Program-made: the position numbers and the translations under genes
The notes under the pieces: model-generated
What the model saw: the letters and a program-made list of their open reading frames with translations, nothing else
What the model was told of the DNA's origin: nothing
The model's database searches: none
UHGV virus genome: UHGV-0268419
Origin: a virus
Strand: one strand, 5' to 3'
DNA length: 48,249 nucleotides
In this document: positions 26,941 to 35,988 of the stretch, one piece after another
Numbering within the stretch: position 1 is the stretch's first letter
How the letters are laid out: each line of letters opens with the position of its first letter

Positions 26941-27235
26941 TTTTCCCCCTGAGATTCATGGACGGGAAATACCGCTCAACCACGCGAATGACCTTGTCGA
27001 TCCCAACGTACCCAAGCACGCAGGCAACGATCCAGCCTGCATCCTGGTTTGCGATCCAGTGCATTCGCGGAACGGAATCCCCGATAATGTTGATGATGAA
27101 GGTGATGCCCTTCGCGAACATTGCCGCCATGATCGCATTAGTCCAGATCTGTCGCCTTTCGTGACCGAGCTGGATGTGACGCAATGTAGCCATGACGGCC
27201 GCAGCGATGGGGTAATCTAAGTCGGTCTTATACAT
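26924..27235 (-). CDS. holin (lambda S-like, class I, 3 TM)
   Basis: The GYVGIDKVIRVVERYF C-terminus resembles lambda S (GYIGTDSIGSLIKRF). The first ATG is at 27235; the ORF-track start at 27319 is a TTG. The RBS is weak, so the start is uncertain. Confidence 0.6.
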   Translation of the reverse strand: MYKTDLDYPIAAAVMATLRHIQLGHERRQIWTNAIMAAMFAKGITFIINIIGDSVPRMHWIANQDAGWIVACVLGYVGIDKVIRVVERYFPSMNLRGKNDRQP

Positions 27236-27326
27236 CCGATAGATGTCGGTGATGCCGTGGAAGAAGTCGCCCAAAAGAAAAGCCCCCGTGAATGTTAACG
27301 GGGGCCATGATAAGCGCAAAGTCTAT

Positions 27327-27854
27327 TTAGTTAAAAGCATAACACTCCTGACCGTACCGGTTAACCATCGGCCTCCACTTCTCGATCACCTCCACCGGCG
27401 ACACCTGCTGCATGATCCGGCACTCTGCCTTCGCCTTGTTGATATGCACCGCCACCAGAATGATTGCATCAACGCCGTTCATCACGTAGCTTTCAGCGTT
27501 GTCCTGCCGGATGGTTGGCAACTGCTTGCCGATGCCCTCGGTGGATTTCACCTCATAGACGTGCGTTTGCCGTTCGCGCGTCCCTGTGCGTGAGATGGTC
27601 ATGATGTCACCCTGGCCGAACGCATTAACCGAAACGCCGGTGCGCGCGTTGACTCCCATCGGGATGATGATCCGGTGGCGGCCGTAAATGTTGTTCAGGT
27701 GCTTCGCTGCTGCAATCTCCCCCAGTAGGCCAACAAGGCGTTTGCGGAACTCGACGTTCTGGTTCCAGTTATAGATCTTCTCTTCACGACCAAGGATGTA
27801 GACGGCATTATGAAATTCAGCCGTGTCGATATGAATAACGGTATGTTTTTTCAT
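27327..27854 (-). CDS. hypothetical protein, possible PD-(D/E)xK-like fold (175 aa)
   Basis: E..(n)..GDIMT..(n)..YEVKS spacing. ATGA-coupled to the upstream gene. Confidence 0.45.
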   Translation of the reverse strand: MKKHTVIHIDTAEFHNAVYILGREEKIYNWNQNVEFRKRLVGLLGEIAAAKHLNNIYGRHRIIIPMGVNARTGVSVNAFGQGDIMTISRTGTRERQTHVYEVKSTEGIGKQLPTIRQDNAESYVMNGVDAIILVAVHINKAKAECRIMQQVSPVEVIEKWRPMVNRYGQECYAFN

Positions 27855-28105
27855 TTTGTTGTCGGGATCCCAAAACGGTAGCAGGCGTTGTAAAAACCGC
27901 TTTCAGTGATGTTGTGCTTCTCCATGATCTGCGCCTTCGTCATCCGCCGAACGGTGACGTCGTCGGTCACTTCCTGAATGCGTTCGTCAGTCCAGAACTT
28001 ACCGTTTCGCGGGCCTATGTGCTTGTTCTCACGATCTACGCCCTTTCCTACTTTAAGATCTCGCCCTTCGGTTGATGCCTTCAAGATTGCCTGTGCTAAC
28101 GTCAT
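27851..28105 (-). CDS. small DNA-binding protein with a C-terminal HTH (84 aa)
   Basis: Strong AAGGAG RBS. C-terminal RRMTKAQIMEKHNITESGFYNACYRFGI is HTH-like. Confidence 0.5.
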   Translation of the reverse strand: MTLAQAILKASTEGRDLKVGKGVDRENKHIGPRNGKFWTDERIQEVTDDVTVRRMTKAQIMEKHNITESGFYNACYRFGIPTTK

Positions 28106-28247
28106 GATCTTCTCCTTCTGGTAGCCGGGCTAGTGTCCCGGCGATGTATTTGGTGATGACTCGCGTGTTCTTATCTTGGTTCATCCTGCGCAGCCTGTCA
28201 GCCCGTGATACAGTGCGGGCATTGTGCCTCGGGTACGTCTTACCCAT
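28053..28247 (-). CDS. hypothetical basic protein (64 aa) whose 3' end overlaps the downstream gene by 53 nt
   Basis: ATG with a GAGGAG RBS. The out-of-frame overlap is unusual. Confidence 0.35.
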   Translation of the reverse strand: MGKTYPRHNARTVSRADRLRRMNQDKNTRVITKYIAGTLARLPEGEDHDVSTGNLEGINRRARS

Positions 28248-28259
28248 CGGTGCTACTCC

Positions 28260-28517
28260 TCAATTTTCCCCTTTATATCGCATAGTAACACCAGATTTCG
28301 TCCTTATCTCCTTGACCTGTTGCTTTGTGAGCGTCACGCCCGGTTTAACCCTCACCAGCCTGCGCAGCATGCGGTCGTCAGTCGCCAGAACACCGATCCC
28401 TTTCGCAGATATCGCTACGCCGTCAATCGCGCCGGGAAACGCTTTTGACACGGCGGTAATGAATTCGTCGAGGCCGCATTCCTTCGCGGCCTGCCAGACT
28501 TGCGCCTTACTGTGCAT
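28260..28517 (-). CDS. hypothetical protein (86 aa)
   Basis: The ATG (MHSKAQVW) overlaps the Dam stop. The longer ORF-track version overlapping Dam was rejected. Confidence 0.45.
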   Translation of the reverse strand: MHSKAQVWQAAKECGLDEFITAVSKAFPGAIDGVAISAKGIGVLATDDRMLRRLVRVKPGVTLTKQQVKEIRTKSGVTMRYKGEN

Positions 28518-29235
28518 CCAGTAACCCCAGTTCGCGCAGCATTTGATCCTGATCGATGTAAAGCGTCTCCACACCGGCGCGACGCTTACGCCCGCGCAAG
28601 ATGAACAGCACGGTGCCTTTGTTGTTCTGCTTGCCTGGCTTCCCGGTGCCAGCGTGTTCGAACGACAGGCGGCCAGAGTTCTTGCCGTTGCTGACGATGT
28701 TGATGATGGTGTAGGCCTGATCCACCATGTTGCGGAACCACACTGTGCTGTTGTCGTTCGGCAGCACCACCGCCAGCACTGCGCCCGGTTTGATCTCGCG
28801 GCTCTTCTCCGTCCACGGCGTGATGTCGTCATAAGGCGGGTTCAGAAACATCGCATCAAACTGGCTCCAGTCTTGCGCAAGGCTGTTCTCTTCCTTGCAA
28901 AAGTAGAAGTCGCATTTCGTCGACTTCTCGCAGGCCGCAAGATCTACCTCAAACGGGCCGTAGGTCATATCCAGCCACGCGAACACGTGCTCAGGGGTGC
29001 GCCAGTTCGGGCGGACGTTATCCGGGGTCTTGCTCCCGTTGAACCGGCGGCCGGTCACTTTCTGCGGGCGAACTGCCTGGTAGTGCCCGCCAGTCACCAG
29101 CCCCTTCGTAGCCCATACGCGATTGCTGAACAGCTGCCACGGCGTAAGTCCCTTTGCTGCGGCTTCCGCGTGCAGTGCCGGGTTGTGGTCTGCGTCGAAT
29201 GCGTCGATAGTCACGTTGTCTGCTTCGTCTTTCAT
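28507..29235 (-). CDS. dam: DNA N6-adenine methyltransferase (phage Dam-like)
   Basis: NPPY catalytic motif (FLNPPYDD); the RBS AAGGGTGAG precedes the ATG. Confidence 0.8.
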   Translation of the reverse strand: MKDEADNVTIDAFDADHNPALHAEAAAKGLTPWQLFSNRVWATKGLVTGGHYQAVRPQKVTGRRFNGSKTPDNVRPNWRTPEHVFAWLDMTYGPFEVDLAACEKSTKCDFYFCKEENSLAQDWSQFDAMFLNPPYDDITPWTEKSREIKPGAVLAVVLPNDNSTVWFRNMVDQAYTIINIVSNGKNSGRLSFEHAGTGKPGKQNNKGTVLFILRGRKRRAGVETLYIDQDQMLRELGLLDAQ

Positions 29236-29238
29236 TTC

Positions 29239-29463
29239 TCACCCTTTAACTGAAAATGTGCGGTACTCAATGCGGCTAATGTGAAACGTGTTCCCGTTCA
29301 GATACAGCGGCGCAACCTTGCGAATGGTCACGAGAATATCTGGCTTCCCTTCACAGCTAATGATGGCCGGGCCGATCTCCGGCATCTCGACGGTGATCAT
29401 TCTCGTCTCTTCGCGGGATGCGAAAACTTTGTAATCTTCCAGCGGCATGAAGAATTTATTCAT
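29239..29463 (-). CDS. hypothetical protein (74 aa)
   Basis: ATG MNKFFMPLEDYK with a GAGG RBS. Confidence 0.45.
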   Translation of the reverse strand: MNKFFMPLEDYKVFASREETRMITVEMPEIGPAIISCEGKPDILVTIRKVAPLYLNGNTFHISRIEYRTFSVKG

Positions 29464-30235
29464 GGTGGTTAGCCTCAAAGACAGCCAGAGCGAATCCGCG
29501 CGGAGTGGCGCTGCGGATGTTCTTGGTGCGGGTACTCTTTCCGCCGACCTTGATCGCCCGGTTGAAGTCCTTGCCTACCGGCTCCACCGGCTTCGGCTCG
29601 GGCATCACGAACGCTTCACTGCACCAGATCCCGGTCAGCTTGGTATAGGCGTCACGGTCAGGAATGACACCCGGGTAGTCCGGGTGCATCTCTTCACCCT
29701 CCGGGATATAGCCGCCATAGTCACACGGGTTGAAGGTGTGATTGAAGTTGCGCCACAGCTTCGGCAGGAATGATCGAGCCGGATTCTCCAGCATCCACGG
29801 GATCGGGCCGGTGGAAAAATCACTGTTGACGATGTGGCAATATGCCTCCACCAGCTCAACGAATTTCGCCAGCTTCACAGCGTCCTCCATATCCCGGCGG
29901 CGGTTGGGGTATGCCGGGTGTGGTCGGCGCTCAGCAACTGGAAGATCGCGATCTTCCGGGTGATACAGCCAGCGCGCGCCGGTGGTGGTCAGATATGTGC
30001 ATTCCGCGAAAGAGGCGATGAACTTCACGCCACCACCTACGATCCTGGCTACGTCGCTGGCATGCACGCTGGTAGCTGAGGCGTCGAACCACATGCCAAC
30101 CGCCATCAATCCCGGCTCAACCTCGTGAACACCGTCAGGAAGCTGCCCGTCAAATGTCCAGCATTCATAGCCAGCGTTTAACCACGGCTGCAACATGTGC
30201 CGCGAGCGGTTAAACAGAAATATCGCTTTCTTCAT
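29456..30235 (-). CDS. hypothetical protein (259 aa) adjacent to Dam; DNA-modification-associated?
   Basis: ATG MKKAIFLF with an AAGGAG RBS. Has a conserved-looking ENPARSF...NPCDYGGYIP region, but family assignment is not possible from sequence alone. Confidence 0.5.
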   Translation of the reverse strand: MKKAIFLFNRSRHMLQPWLNAGYECWTFDGQLPDGVHEVEPGLMAVGMWFDASATSVHASDVARIVGGGVKFIASFAECTYLTTTGARWLYHPEDRDLPVAERRPHPAYPNRRRDMEDAVKLAKFVELVEAYCHIVNSDFSTGPIPWMLENPARSFLPKLWRNFNHTFNPCDYGGYIPEGEEMHPDYPGVIPDRDAYTKLTGIWCSEAFVMPEPKPVEPVGKDFNRAIKVGGKSTRTKNIRSATPRGFALAVFEANHHE

Positions 30236-30416
30236 CTTTGTGCTCCTTTTTCCACTCTTTGAAACAACGTTTACACACCACGACATTATCGATCACGTGC
30301 CAGCATCTGCTTCGCCCGCCAGCGTGGAAGTATGTCCCACAGCAGACCATCTTTCCGCGCTCGCTGCCTTTGATCATTTTCCGGCAGCCAATCACCACGG
30401 GCCTTGCCCCGCTCAC
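30210..30416 (-). CDS. small Cys-rich (zinc-finger-like) protein
   Basis: C..(n)..CC...H..(n)..C.H..(n)..C..C pattern. GTG start overlapping the upstream TAG stop. Confidence 0.35.
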   Translation of the reverse strand: MSGARPVVIGCRKMIKGSERGKMVCCGTYFHAGGRSRCWHVIDNVVVCKRCFKEWKKEHKDEESDISV

Positions 30417-30808
30417 TATTCCGCCCCCGCAAGATAGTTAGCCAGGCTCCCCATGGTGACATACAGGCGATTGCACATGATCTTCACGAAGTAGCGGCCA
30501 TCAAAGTTGCCAGCCGCTGCCGCCTTGCTCGACTTGATGACGACGACGTGCTGGACGCGGTTATATGACTTTCTGAACAGCGCGGCGTTAGCGATCTGGT
30601 TCACCACGTCCTTCTCGGTGAATCCGGCGTTCACTCCCAGCTGCTCATCTTCGCCGTAGCCTGTTTTGCTGGCCTCTTTGGCGATCATGAACGCGATGGC
30701 CGGTTGGTCTGCGACAATTACCGGGATACGGCGGCGGGCAATAGCTTTTTTGATTTCTTCGGCTACTGCGCTGGCGGTCTTCGGTGATACGGTGGTTTGT
30801 TCTGACAT
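30416..30808 (-). CDS. hypothetical protein (130 aa)
   Basis: AGAAGGAG RBS, downstream of the consensus promoter at 30839-30867. Confidence 0.5.
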   Translation of the reverse strand: MSEQTTVSPKTASAVAEEIKKAIARRRIPVIVADQPAIAFMIAKEASKTGYGEDEQLGVNAGFTEKDVVNQIANAALFRKSYNRVQHVVVIKSSKAAAAGNFDGRYFVKIMCNRLYVTMGSLANYLAGAE

Positions 30809-30825
30809 TTTGCTGCTCCTTCTGT

Positions 30826-30867
30826 TGGGTGTTCGGGCATATTACTTGGGCACCATATACCTGTCAA
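30826..30867 (-). promoter_or_regulatory. consensus sigma70 promoter with a conserved leader (copy 2 of 3)
   Basis: Minus-strand TTGACA-17-TAATAT followed by GCCCGAACACCCAACAGAAGGAG. Confidence 0.6.
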
Positions 30868-30874
30868 CTGTATT

Positions 30875-31369
30875 TCACATGTGATATTTGCGCATCGTCT
30901 CGATCAGGTCGTAGGCCATCCAGAACCGGCGATCATAGTCAGGCGCGGCCTGCTGCTTGCGGATGTACTTCTGAGAGGCTGATAAGTTTTTCTCTTCCAG
31001 CCTGACGCGCGGAGCCTTCGGGAATGCGTCGCGGGCGATCACCGGCTCGGTCGTCATTTCCTGGTCAGGCTCGACCTTGAGGAAGTTGGCCCCAATCTCA
31101 TGCAGCGCCACCGGGAATTCGTAGCCGGTAGTTTGCATGAACCACCACAGGCCCAGGTGTGATCCGCACTGATTGCAAATTGCAGCACCGCGACCCTTCA
31201 TCGTGACGTCCTGCTTCGATTCGCCCCAGCGGAACCGGTCGTTCCCTCCGCACAGCGGGCAGGCCTGATGCCTGCCGTTGAATGCGCGCTTATCCCAATA
31301 CTGGGATAGCAGCACCTCCCAGCGCCCGACCATGAGTCGTTCTATCTGCTCAATGGGGTAGAACTTCAT
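30875..31369 (-). CDS. primase zinc-ribbon domain protein (Prim_Zn_Ribbon-like)
   Basis: HQACPLCGGNDRFRW...AICNQCGSH motif. The ATG MKFYP has a strong GGAGGAGG RBS; the ORF-track start is a GTG. Confidence 0.6.
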   Translation of the reverse strand: MKFYPIEQIERLMVGRWEVLLSQYWDKRAFNGRHQACPLCGGNDRFRWGESKQDVTMKGRGAAICNQCGSHLGLWWFMQTTGYEFPVALHEIGANFLKVEPDQEMTTEPVIARDAFPKAPRVRLEEKNLSASQKYIRKQQAAPDYDRRFWMAYDLIETMRKYHM

Positions 31370-31931
31370 GACCTCCTCCACAGATTCAGGTAGCGGGTGT
31401 TGAGGTTGGCCATGATCCCCTGGTCATATTTCGGATCGAGCTTACGCTTGTGCAGCATCGGCCCCATCTTTTCCTCGTGTACCAGTCCGCGCTGGTTGTA
31501 CACGTAAAGCCCGGCATAGTCCGGCAGGATCTCCCGCGCCTTGTCGGCGATAGTCCACGGCACCAGGAAGTAGAAGCGATTGGCTATCAGCTCACCAGCT
31601 TTCAGGCAGTCATGCTTCATCTTCACCGGGTACGGGACGCGCTCGTTTTCGTCTGATCGCCAGTATTTTTCTGCTTCCTCCGCTGTCTTTGGGTAAACGG
31701 TGTGGGCCTTGCGGAAGTCAGCGCGCATGTCGGCAATGGAGATCTTCACCTCCACTTCCACCGTGTAGCGGCTCTTGCGGATGCAGAACATATCAGCCTC
31801 ATAGCCCAGGTTGTCCGGGGTGTAGTAGTTCGGGATCATGATCTGGAATGAGTTGCCCATAGAACGTACAAAAGCCCGCTGTATCGCGCCCTCGTGAATT
31901 TCTGGTTCTGGTAGTTTGCCAATATTCATCA
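31366..31931 (-). CDS. PD-(D/E)xK (Mrr/VRR-like) nuclease-fold protein
   Basis: EADMFCIRKSRYTVEVEVKIS motif. The ATG MMNIGK has an AAGGAC RBS; the N-terminal ORF-track extension was rejected. Confidence 0.5.
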
Positions 31932-32004
31932 TTTTAAAGTCCTTGTGTTTTGGTGTTCGTTGTGCAGAATATATTGCAATGTTTACCACGTCAACGAGGC
32001 AACA
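31932..32004. promoter_or_regulatory. divergent promoter region between the two early operons
   Basis: The minus strand reads TTGACG-N15/16-TATATT and is AT-rich. The plus-strand promoter is not sharply defined. Confidence 0.4.
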
Positions 32005-34053
32005 ATGGAAAAGGTGAAAAGCATCAAGCAAATGATTGAGGAGACGGACATAGAGGCGGTTCGCAGCCAGCTGCTTAGAGGCCTTCGCGGCATGCCATAC
32101 GATCCCTACCCGTTCCAGTTCGCTGCACACTTTGCGACGTCTCAGGCCATCAACAACTACAAGGAGATCGGCCCGTTCATCGTCAAGGCCGCCGTGTCGG
32201 CAGGGAAGACCACGCAGATCAGCATGGTGGCCCGCCGCCTGACCCAGCTCAACAAGACCGCGCTAGTGTTGTCACGTCAGGGCGGGATCATCAAGCAGGA
32301 CGCCATGGAGATACGGAACTTCGGGGTGGAGAACAGCGTGTTCAGCGCTGGCCTGCGCATGAAGTCAACGACCTTCCCTATCATTTGCGGCAGCGAGAAG
32401 ACGGTGGTCAACGCCCTTGAAAAGCAGCTGGCTAACTTCGTGGCGCGCTTCCTGCTGATCGACGAATGCCATCACGTCAACGTAGACGACATCGTTGAGA
32501 GCGAGATGACCTGCACGCTTGCGGATCAGAATCCTGAAAACGAGATGTTGCAGCGCAAAGCAGAGCGCACGCTGGCGCAGATGATCGCCGCTGGCCGCAC
32601 CGGGTACACGCTTATCATCCGGGAGATGCAGCGCCGTTGCCGGGAGATGTACGGTCGGGATCTGGTTGTTATCGGGTACACCGGCACCGACTACCGAGGC
32701 ACGCAGCCGATCATCAACGAAGACAGGAACACCCCCGGATTCTGGCGGCGTGCGGTGTGTGATATCTCCACTGAGTACCTGGTTGAAGTTGGCGCGGTGG
32801 TGCCTACCCATTACGGCGCGATCGATGATGAGCTGACCTACCAACTTGATTCTTTCGTGAGTCGCGGCGAAGAGGGTGACGACGAATTCAGTGATGCCGA
32901 CCTGATCGAGATGGAGAAGCAGATCCTGTCCCAGGGAACCATCACGCAAAACATCATGCTCGACGTCGTGAAGCGTACCGCTAACCGTAACTGCGTACTC
33001 GTTACCTGCGCCGGTAAGAAGCACTGCAAGGAGGCGGCCAGCGCGTTACCTCCCGGCGTTACTTACGGGATCATCACCGACGACACGCCACAGAAGGAGC
33101 GCGACCGGATACTGGAAGACGCATTTAACAACCGCTGTAAATTCATCTTTCAGATCGGGTGCCTCACTACCGGCTACAACGTTCCACCATGGGACACGAT
33201 CGTTATCCTGCGCAAGATCGGCAGCCTCACTCTGTTGGTTCAGCTCATCGGTCGCGGGATGCGCATCCTCAAAAAATTCCATATAGAAGAGCTGGGGATG
33301 GTCAAAGAGGACAACCTTGTTCTCGACTACGGTGGAGCGCTGGACGACCTGGCGGAGCTGTACTTCTCGCCATTCCTTGAGCAGTACCGCTATGAGACGG
33401 ATACCAGCACCGGCCAGACGAAGGAATGCCCATATGGACACACGAACGGTAAGCACGCGCGCCGGTGCCGCCATGTGTACGACCACGACGGGATCGAGGA
33501 AGACGGCACGCCATACCGCAAGGACGACCGCTGTCACCACTGGTTCATCTCGCGCACATGCGATGACTTTAAGAACGATCGTGGGGTGGTTGTCAGTCGC
33601 GGATGCGGCGCAGAGAACGACATCACCGCCCGGCAGTGCGCCCACTGCGGGAACACGTTGATCGACCCAAACAGGAGCCTTGAGAAAAAGAGCTATACCC
33701 GGGATGACTTTGTGGACGTGCGATCCTTCAACGTTGAACCGACGAAATGCGGAAACGGCGTGGTGTTCCGCTACGTGCTGGGGAATGAGGGGGATCCTGA
33801 CTTCGTAGCCTATGAGGTGTTTTGGCCGGACAGTGACAGCATGCCAGCAAAACAGCAGTGGAAGGCGGCACTGGATAAGCACGTTGCATCACCGAACACC
33901 CGGGGCAAGATGCGGAAAGGGGTAAAAACGAAGATCCTGCCGTCCGCTCACCTGATTGCAGCGCCGAAGCGTGTGACGCACCGGCGCATAGGCGGCAGAA
34001 AGTCTCGCGACGTCATAGCCCGTAAAATTTTCGAAGGAGGTGATGACCTGTGA
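32005..34053 (+). CDS. SF2 (DEAD/DEAH-box-like) DNA helicase with a C-terminal Cys-rich zinc-ribbon region
   Basis: Walker A AVSAGKTTQ, motif II LLIDECHH, and a C-terminal C..H...C..C cluster. The ATG at 32005 (MEKVKSIKQ) was chosen over 31945. Confidence 0.75.
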   Translation: MEKVKSIKQMIEETDIEAVRSQLLRGLRGMPYDPYPFQFAAHFATSQAINNYKEIGPFIVKAAVSAGKTTQISMVARRLTQLNKTALVLSRQGGIIKQDAMEIRNFGVENSVFSAGLRMKSTTFPIICGSEKTVVNALEKQLANFVARFLLIDECHHVNVDDIVESEMTCTLADQNPENEMLQRKAERTLAQMIAAGRTGYTLIIREMQRRCREMYGRDLVVIGYTGTDYRGTQPIINEDRNTPGFWRRAVCDISTEYLVEVGAVVPTHYGAIDDELTYQLDSFVSRGEEGDDEFSDADLIEMEKQILSQGTITQNIMLDVVKRTANRNCVLVTCAGKKHCKEAASALPPGVTYGIITDDTPQKERDRILEDAFNNRCKFIFQIGCLTTGYNVPPWDTIVILRKIGSLTLLVQLIGRGMRILKKFHIEELGMVKEDNLVLDYGGALDDLAELYFSPFLEQYRYETDTSTGQTKECPYGHTNGKHARRCRHVYDHDGIEEDGTPYRKDDRCHHWFISRTCDDFKNDRGVVVSRGCGAENDITARQCAHCGNTLIDPNRSLEKKSYTRDDFVDVRSFNVEPTKCGNGVVFRYVLGNEGDPDFVAYEVFWPDSDSMPAKQQWKAALDKHVASPNTRGKMRKGVKTKILPSAHLIAAPKRVTHRRIGGRKSRDVIARKIFEGGDDL

Positions 34054-34469
34054 TTAAAGAATATCTTTACCCACCAGATGAACCGACGAAAGCGCTTGAG
34101 GATGATCACCTGGTTAACTTTACCACTTGGTTTAATCATTGGTATCCAGACGTGTACTGGTTCCATGTGCCGAACGAGAACGGCGGGAAGGCCGGGAAGC
34201 AGTATTTCCTGCGCCAGCAGGTGAAGGGACTCCGTAAGGGCGTTGCCGACATCGTGATCCTGCATCGTGGCCGCAACGGGGAGCCGTTCGGGGTGATCGA
34301 GATGAAGCGAGAGACTAAAAAGCTGTCGACGCCAGTCAGCAAGGAGCAGGTTGAATGCCTGAACGCCGTATCTGCTCAGGGCGGGTTCGCCGCGGTGGCG
34401 TATGGCTTCCACTGCGCGAAGCTGGCGGTGATCGACTTCCTCGGGCCGTCGACCATCTCAATTAAATAG
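34050..34469 (+). CDS. VRR-NUC domain nuclease
   Basis: HVPNENGGKAG...KGVADIVILHRGRNGEPFGVIEMKRETKKLSTPVSKEQVECLNAVSAQGG is a classic VRR-NUC. GTG start after GGAGGTGA. Confidence 0.75.
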   Translation: MIKEYLYPPDEPTKALEDDHLVNFTTWFNHWYPDVYWFHVPNENGGKAGKQYFLRQQVKGLRKGVADIVILHRGRNGEPFGVIEMKRETKKLSTPVSKEQVECLNAVSAQGGFAAVAYGFHCAKLAVIDFLGPSTISIK

Positions 34470-34471
34470 CC

Positions 34472-34520
34472 TTGACAGGGCATATTATGCGGAAGTAATA
34501 TGCCCGAACACCCCACAGGA
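34472..34520 (+). promoter_or_regulatory. consensus promoter with a conserved leader (copy 3 of 3) and a 10-bp inverted repeat
   Basis: TTGACA-18-TAATATGCCCGAACACCCCACAGGAGG, with the palindrome GGGCATATTA-N8-TAATATGCCC. Confidence 0.6.
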
Positions 34521-34527
34521 GGTCATC

Positions 34528-34890
34528 ATGACACATGCAGAGTTACACAGAATATTGCACGGCGGCATTCGCAACACTGACCGCAAAACATTTAAAGAGG
34601 CTTACGGCCTTATGCGATCATTAAAGAAAGTGGTGCTCACATATAGAGCGCCGGGAAATAATCTTATTAGGGACGTGCTATGGGAGGTTTTATTTTGCGG
34701 CGTACCCACTGGAACCGAGTTGATGCTTGGTCAGATTCTATTCCGCGATCCTGCCGTGAAATATCCAGCCATTGAGAATAAAAGCAAATGGCTATTGAAA
34801 GTTAATTGCAAGGGCGATTCACGCCGCTTTGTCAGGCAGGAAGATATCGAACGAAAACTTCGGTTAGATATGAATAAGGGGATCATGTAA
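34528..34890 (+). CDS. hypothetical protein (120 aa), AT-rich moron upstream of the exonuclease
   Basis: Local GC is visibly lower than the flanking genes. It has its own consensus promoter and occupies the gam/abc position in a Red/Erf-type recombination operon. Confidence 0.55.
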   Translation: MTHAELHRILHGGIRNTDRKTFKEAYGLMRSLKKVVLTYRAPGNNLIRDVLWEVLFCGVPTGTELMLGQILFRDPAVKYPAIENKSKWLLKVNCKGDSRRFVRQEDIERKLRLDMNKGIM

Positions 34891-35933
34891 TGTCAGATAT
34901 TAAATCGCTAAAAGATGATGAAGTGCTGTTCTTCACGAATAACGATCTGTCGAACGAAGACTATCACGCTGAGACAGACCACATGAACGGCTCCGGCTTG
35001 TGGGAGTTGTTCTCCACATGCCCGGCTAACTGGAAGTTCGCAGAGGAAAAGAAAAAGCAATCCCGCGCACTGGTATTCGGAACTGCTGCCCACGCTAACC
35101 ACCTCGAACCGGAATTATTTGCCCGTGAATATTTCCGCATGCCTGAGAAAGAGGACTTTATTAAGCGTGACGATAACGGCGATATTATTCCGCAGCCGAA
35201 CTTTATTACCTCGCTTGAGGCCGCGAAGGCATTTCTGAAAGAACACGGTGTTGCCGGTTATTCGAAAATGAAAGAGCCGGAATTAATTGAGACAGTCACC
35301 AACACCGCCGCAGCTCTTGGGATAACTGACGTTGTTTTCTGGCACGACATCGTGAAAAAGGCCAATGAAGAGCGCGGTGATCGTGAAGGCATTCGCGGAC
35401 AGGATTATGACATCATTCAGGAGATGCGCGCCGTTCTGTTTAATAACGAATCATTTAAGGAATATTTCGTCGACGGAATGTCGGAAGTCTCGATCTTTTT
35501 CAGCTATCAGGGTTTGCGCTGCAAGGTGCGCCTCGACTGGATCAGCAAGTTCGCCGACATGGTGGACTATAAGACCACAGACACGGCCAACCCTGAAAGA
35601 TTCATGCGTAAGTGCTTCGATCTCGGGTATCCGCTGAAAATGGCGTTGCAGCGCGAGGGGTTTAAGGCGGCTTTCGGCCAGAAACCGAGAAGGACGATGT
35701 TGCTGGCGCAGGAGAAGAGCAGCCCGTTCGTCGTCGCTCCTTTCGCCTTGTCAAACAAAACCCTGATGATTGGATATGCGCAGCTGCGTGAAGCCATCGC
35801 CACATTTAAATGGTGCCGGGACAATGACACGTGGCCGACCTACGGCGGCGGAAGCGTGATTGACCTCGATCCTCCGTACTACCTGGAAAACGCCTTCCGC
35901 CACTTGTGGGAAGATGTGAAAACCAAAAAATAA
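34890..35933 (+). CDS. PD-(D/E)xK exonuclease (YqaJ / lambda-Exo-like recombination exonuclease)
   Basis: RLDWISKFADMVDYKTTD...K motif. Adjacent to the Erf annealase and SSB. Confidence 0.7.
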   Translation: MSDIKSLKDDEVLFFTNNDLSNEDYHAETDHMNGSGLWELFSTCPANWKFAEEKKKQSRALVFGTAAHANHLEPELFAREYFRMPEKEDFIKRDDNGDIIPQPNFITSLEAAKAFLKEHGVAGYSKMKEPELIETVTNTAAALGITDVVFWHDIVKKANEERGDREGIRGQDYDIIQEMRAVLFNNESFKEYFVDGMSEVSIFFSYQGLRCKVRLDWISKFADMVDYKTTDTANPERFMRKCFDLGYPLKMALQREGFKAAFGQKPRRTMLLAQEKSSPFVVAPFALSNKTLMIGYAQLREAIATFKWCRDNDTWPTYGGGSVIDLDPPYYLENAFRHLWEDVKTKK

Positions 35934-35941
35934 TTGATTCA

Positions 35942-35967
35942 GGGGTAATATACTGACATATTACCCC
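35942..35967 (+). promoter_or_regulatory. intercistronic 10-bp inverted repeat between exo and erf
   Basis: GGGGTAATAT-actgac-ATATTACCCC. Confidence 0.4.
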
Positions 35968-35988
35968 CTCAATATAAGGAGTGACCAA

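Noticed and set aside
28260-28832. 190-aa minus-strand ORF overlapping the Dam C-terminal half
   Set aside because: Only the last 86 codons, from the ATG overlapping the Dam stop, are non-overlapping. The upstream part is an alternate frame of dam.
32365-33882. 219-aa and 278-aa minus-strand ORFs inside the helicase gene
   Set aside because: They are antisense to a gene with clear helicase motifs.
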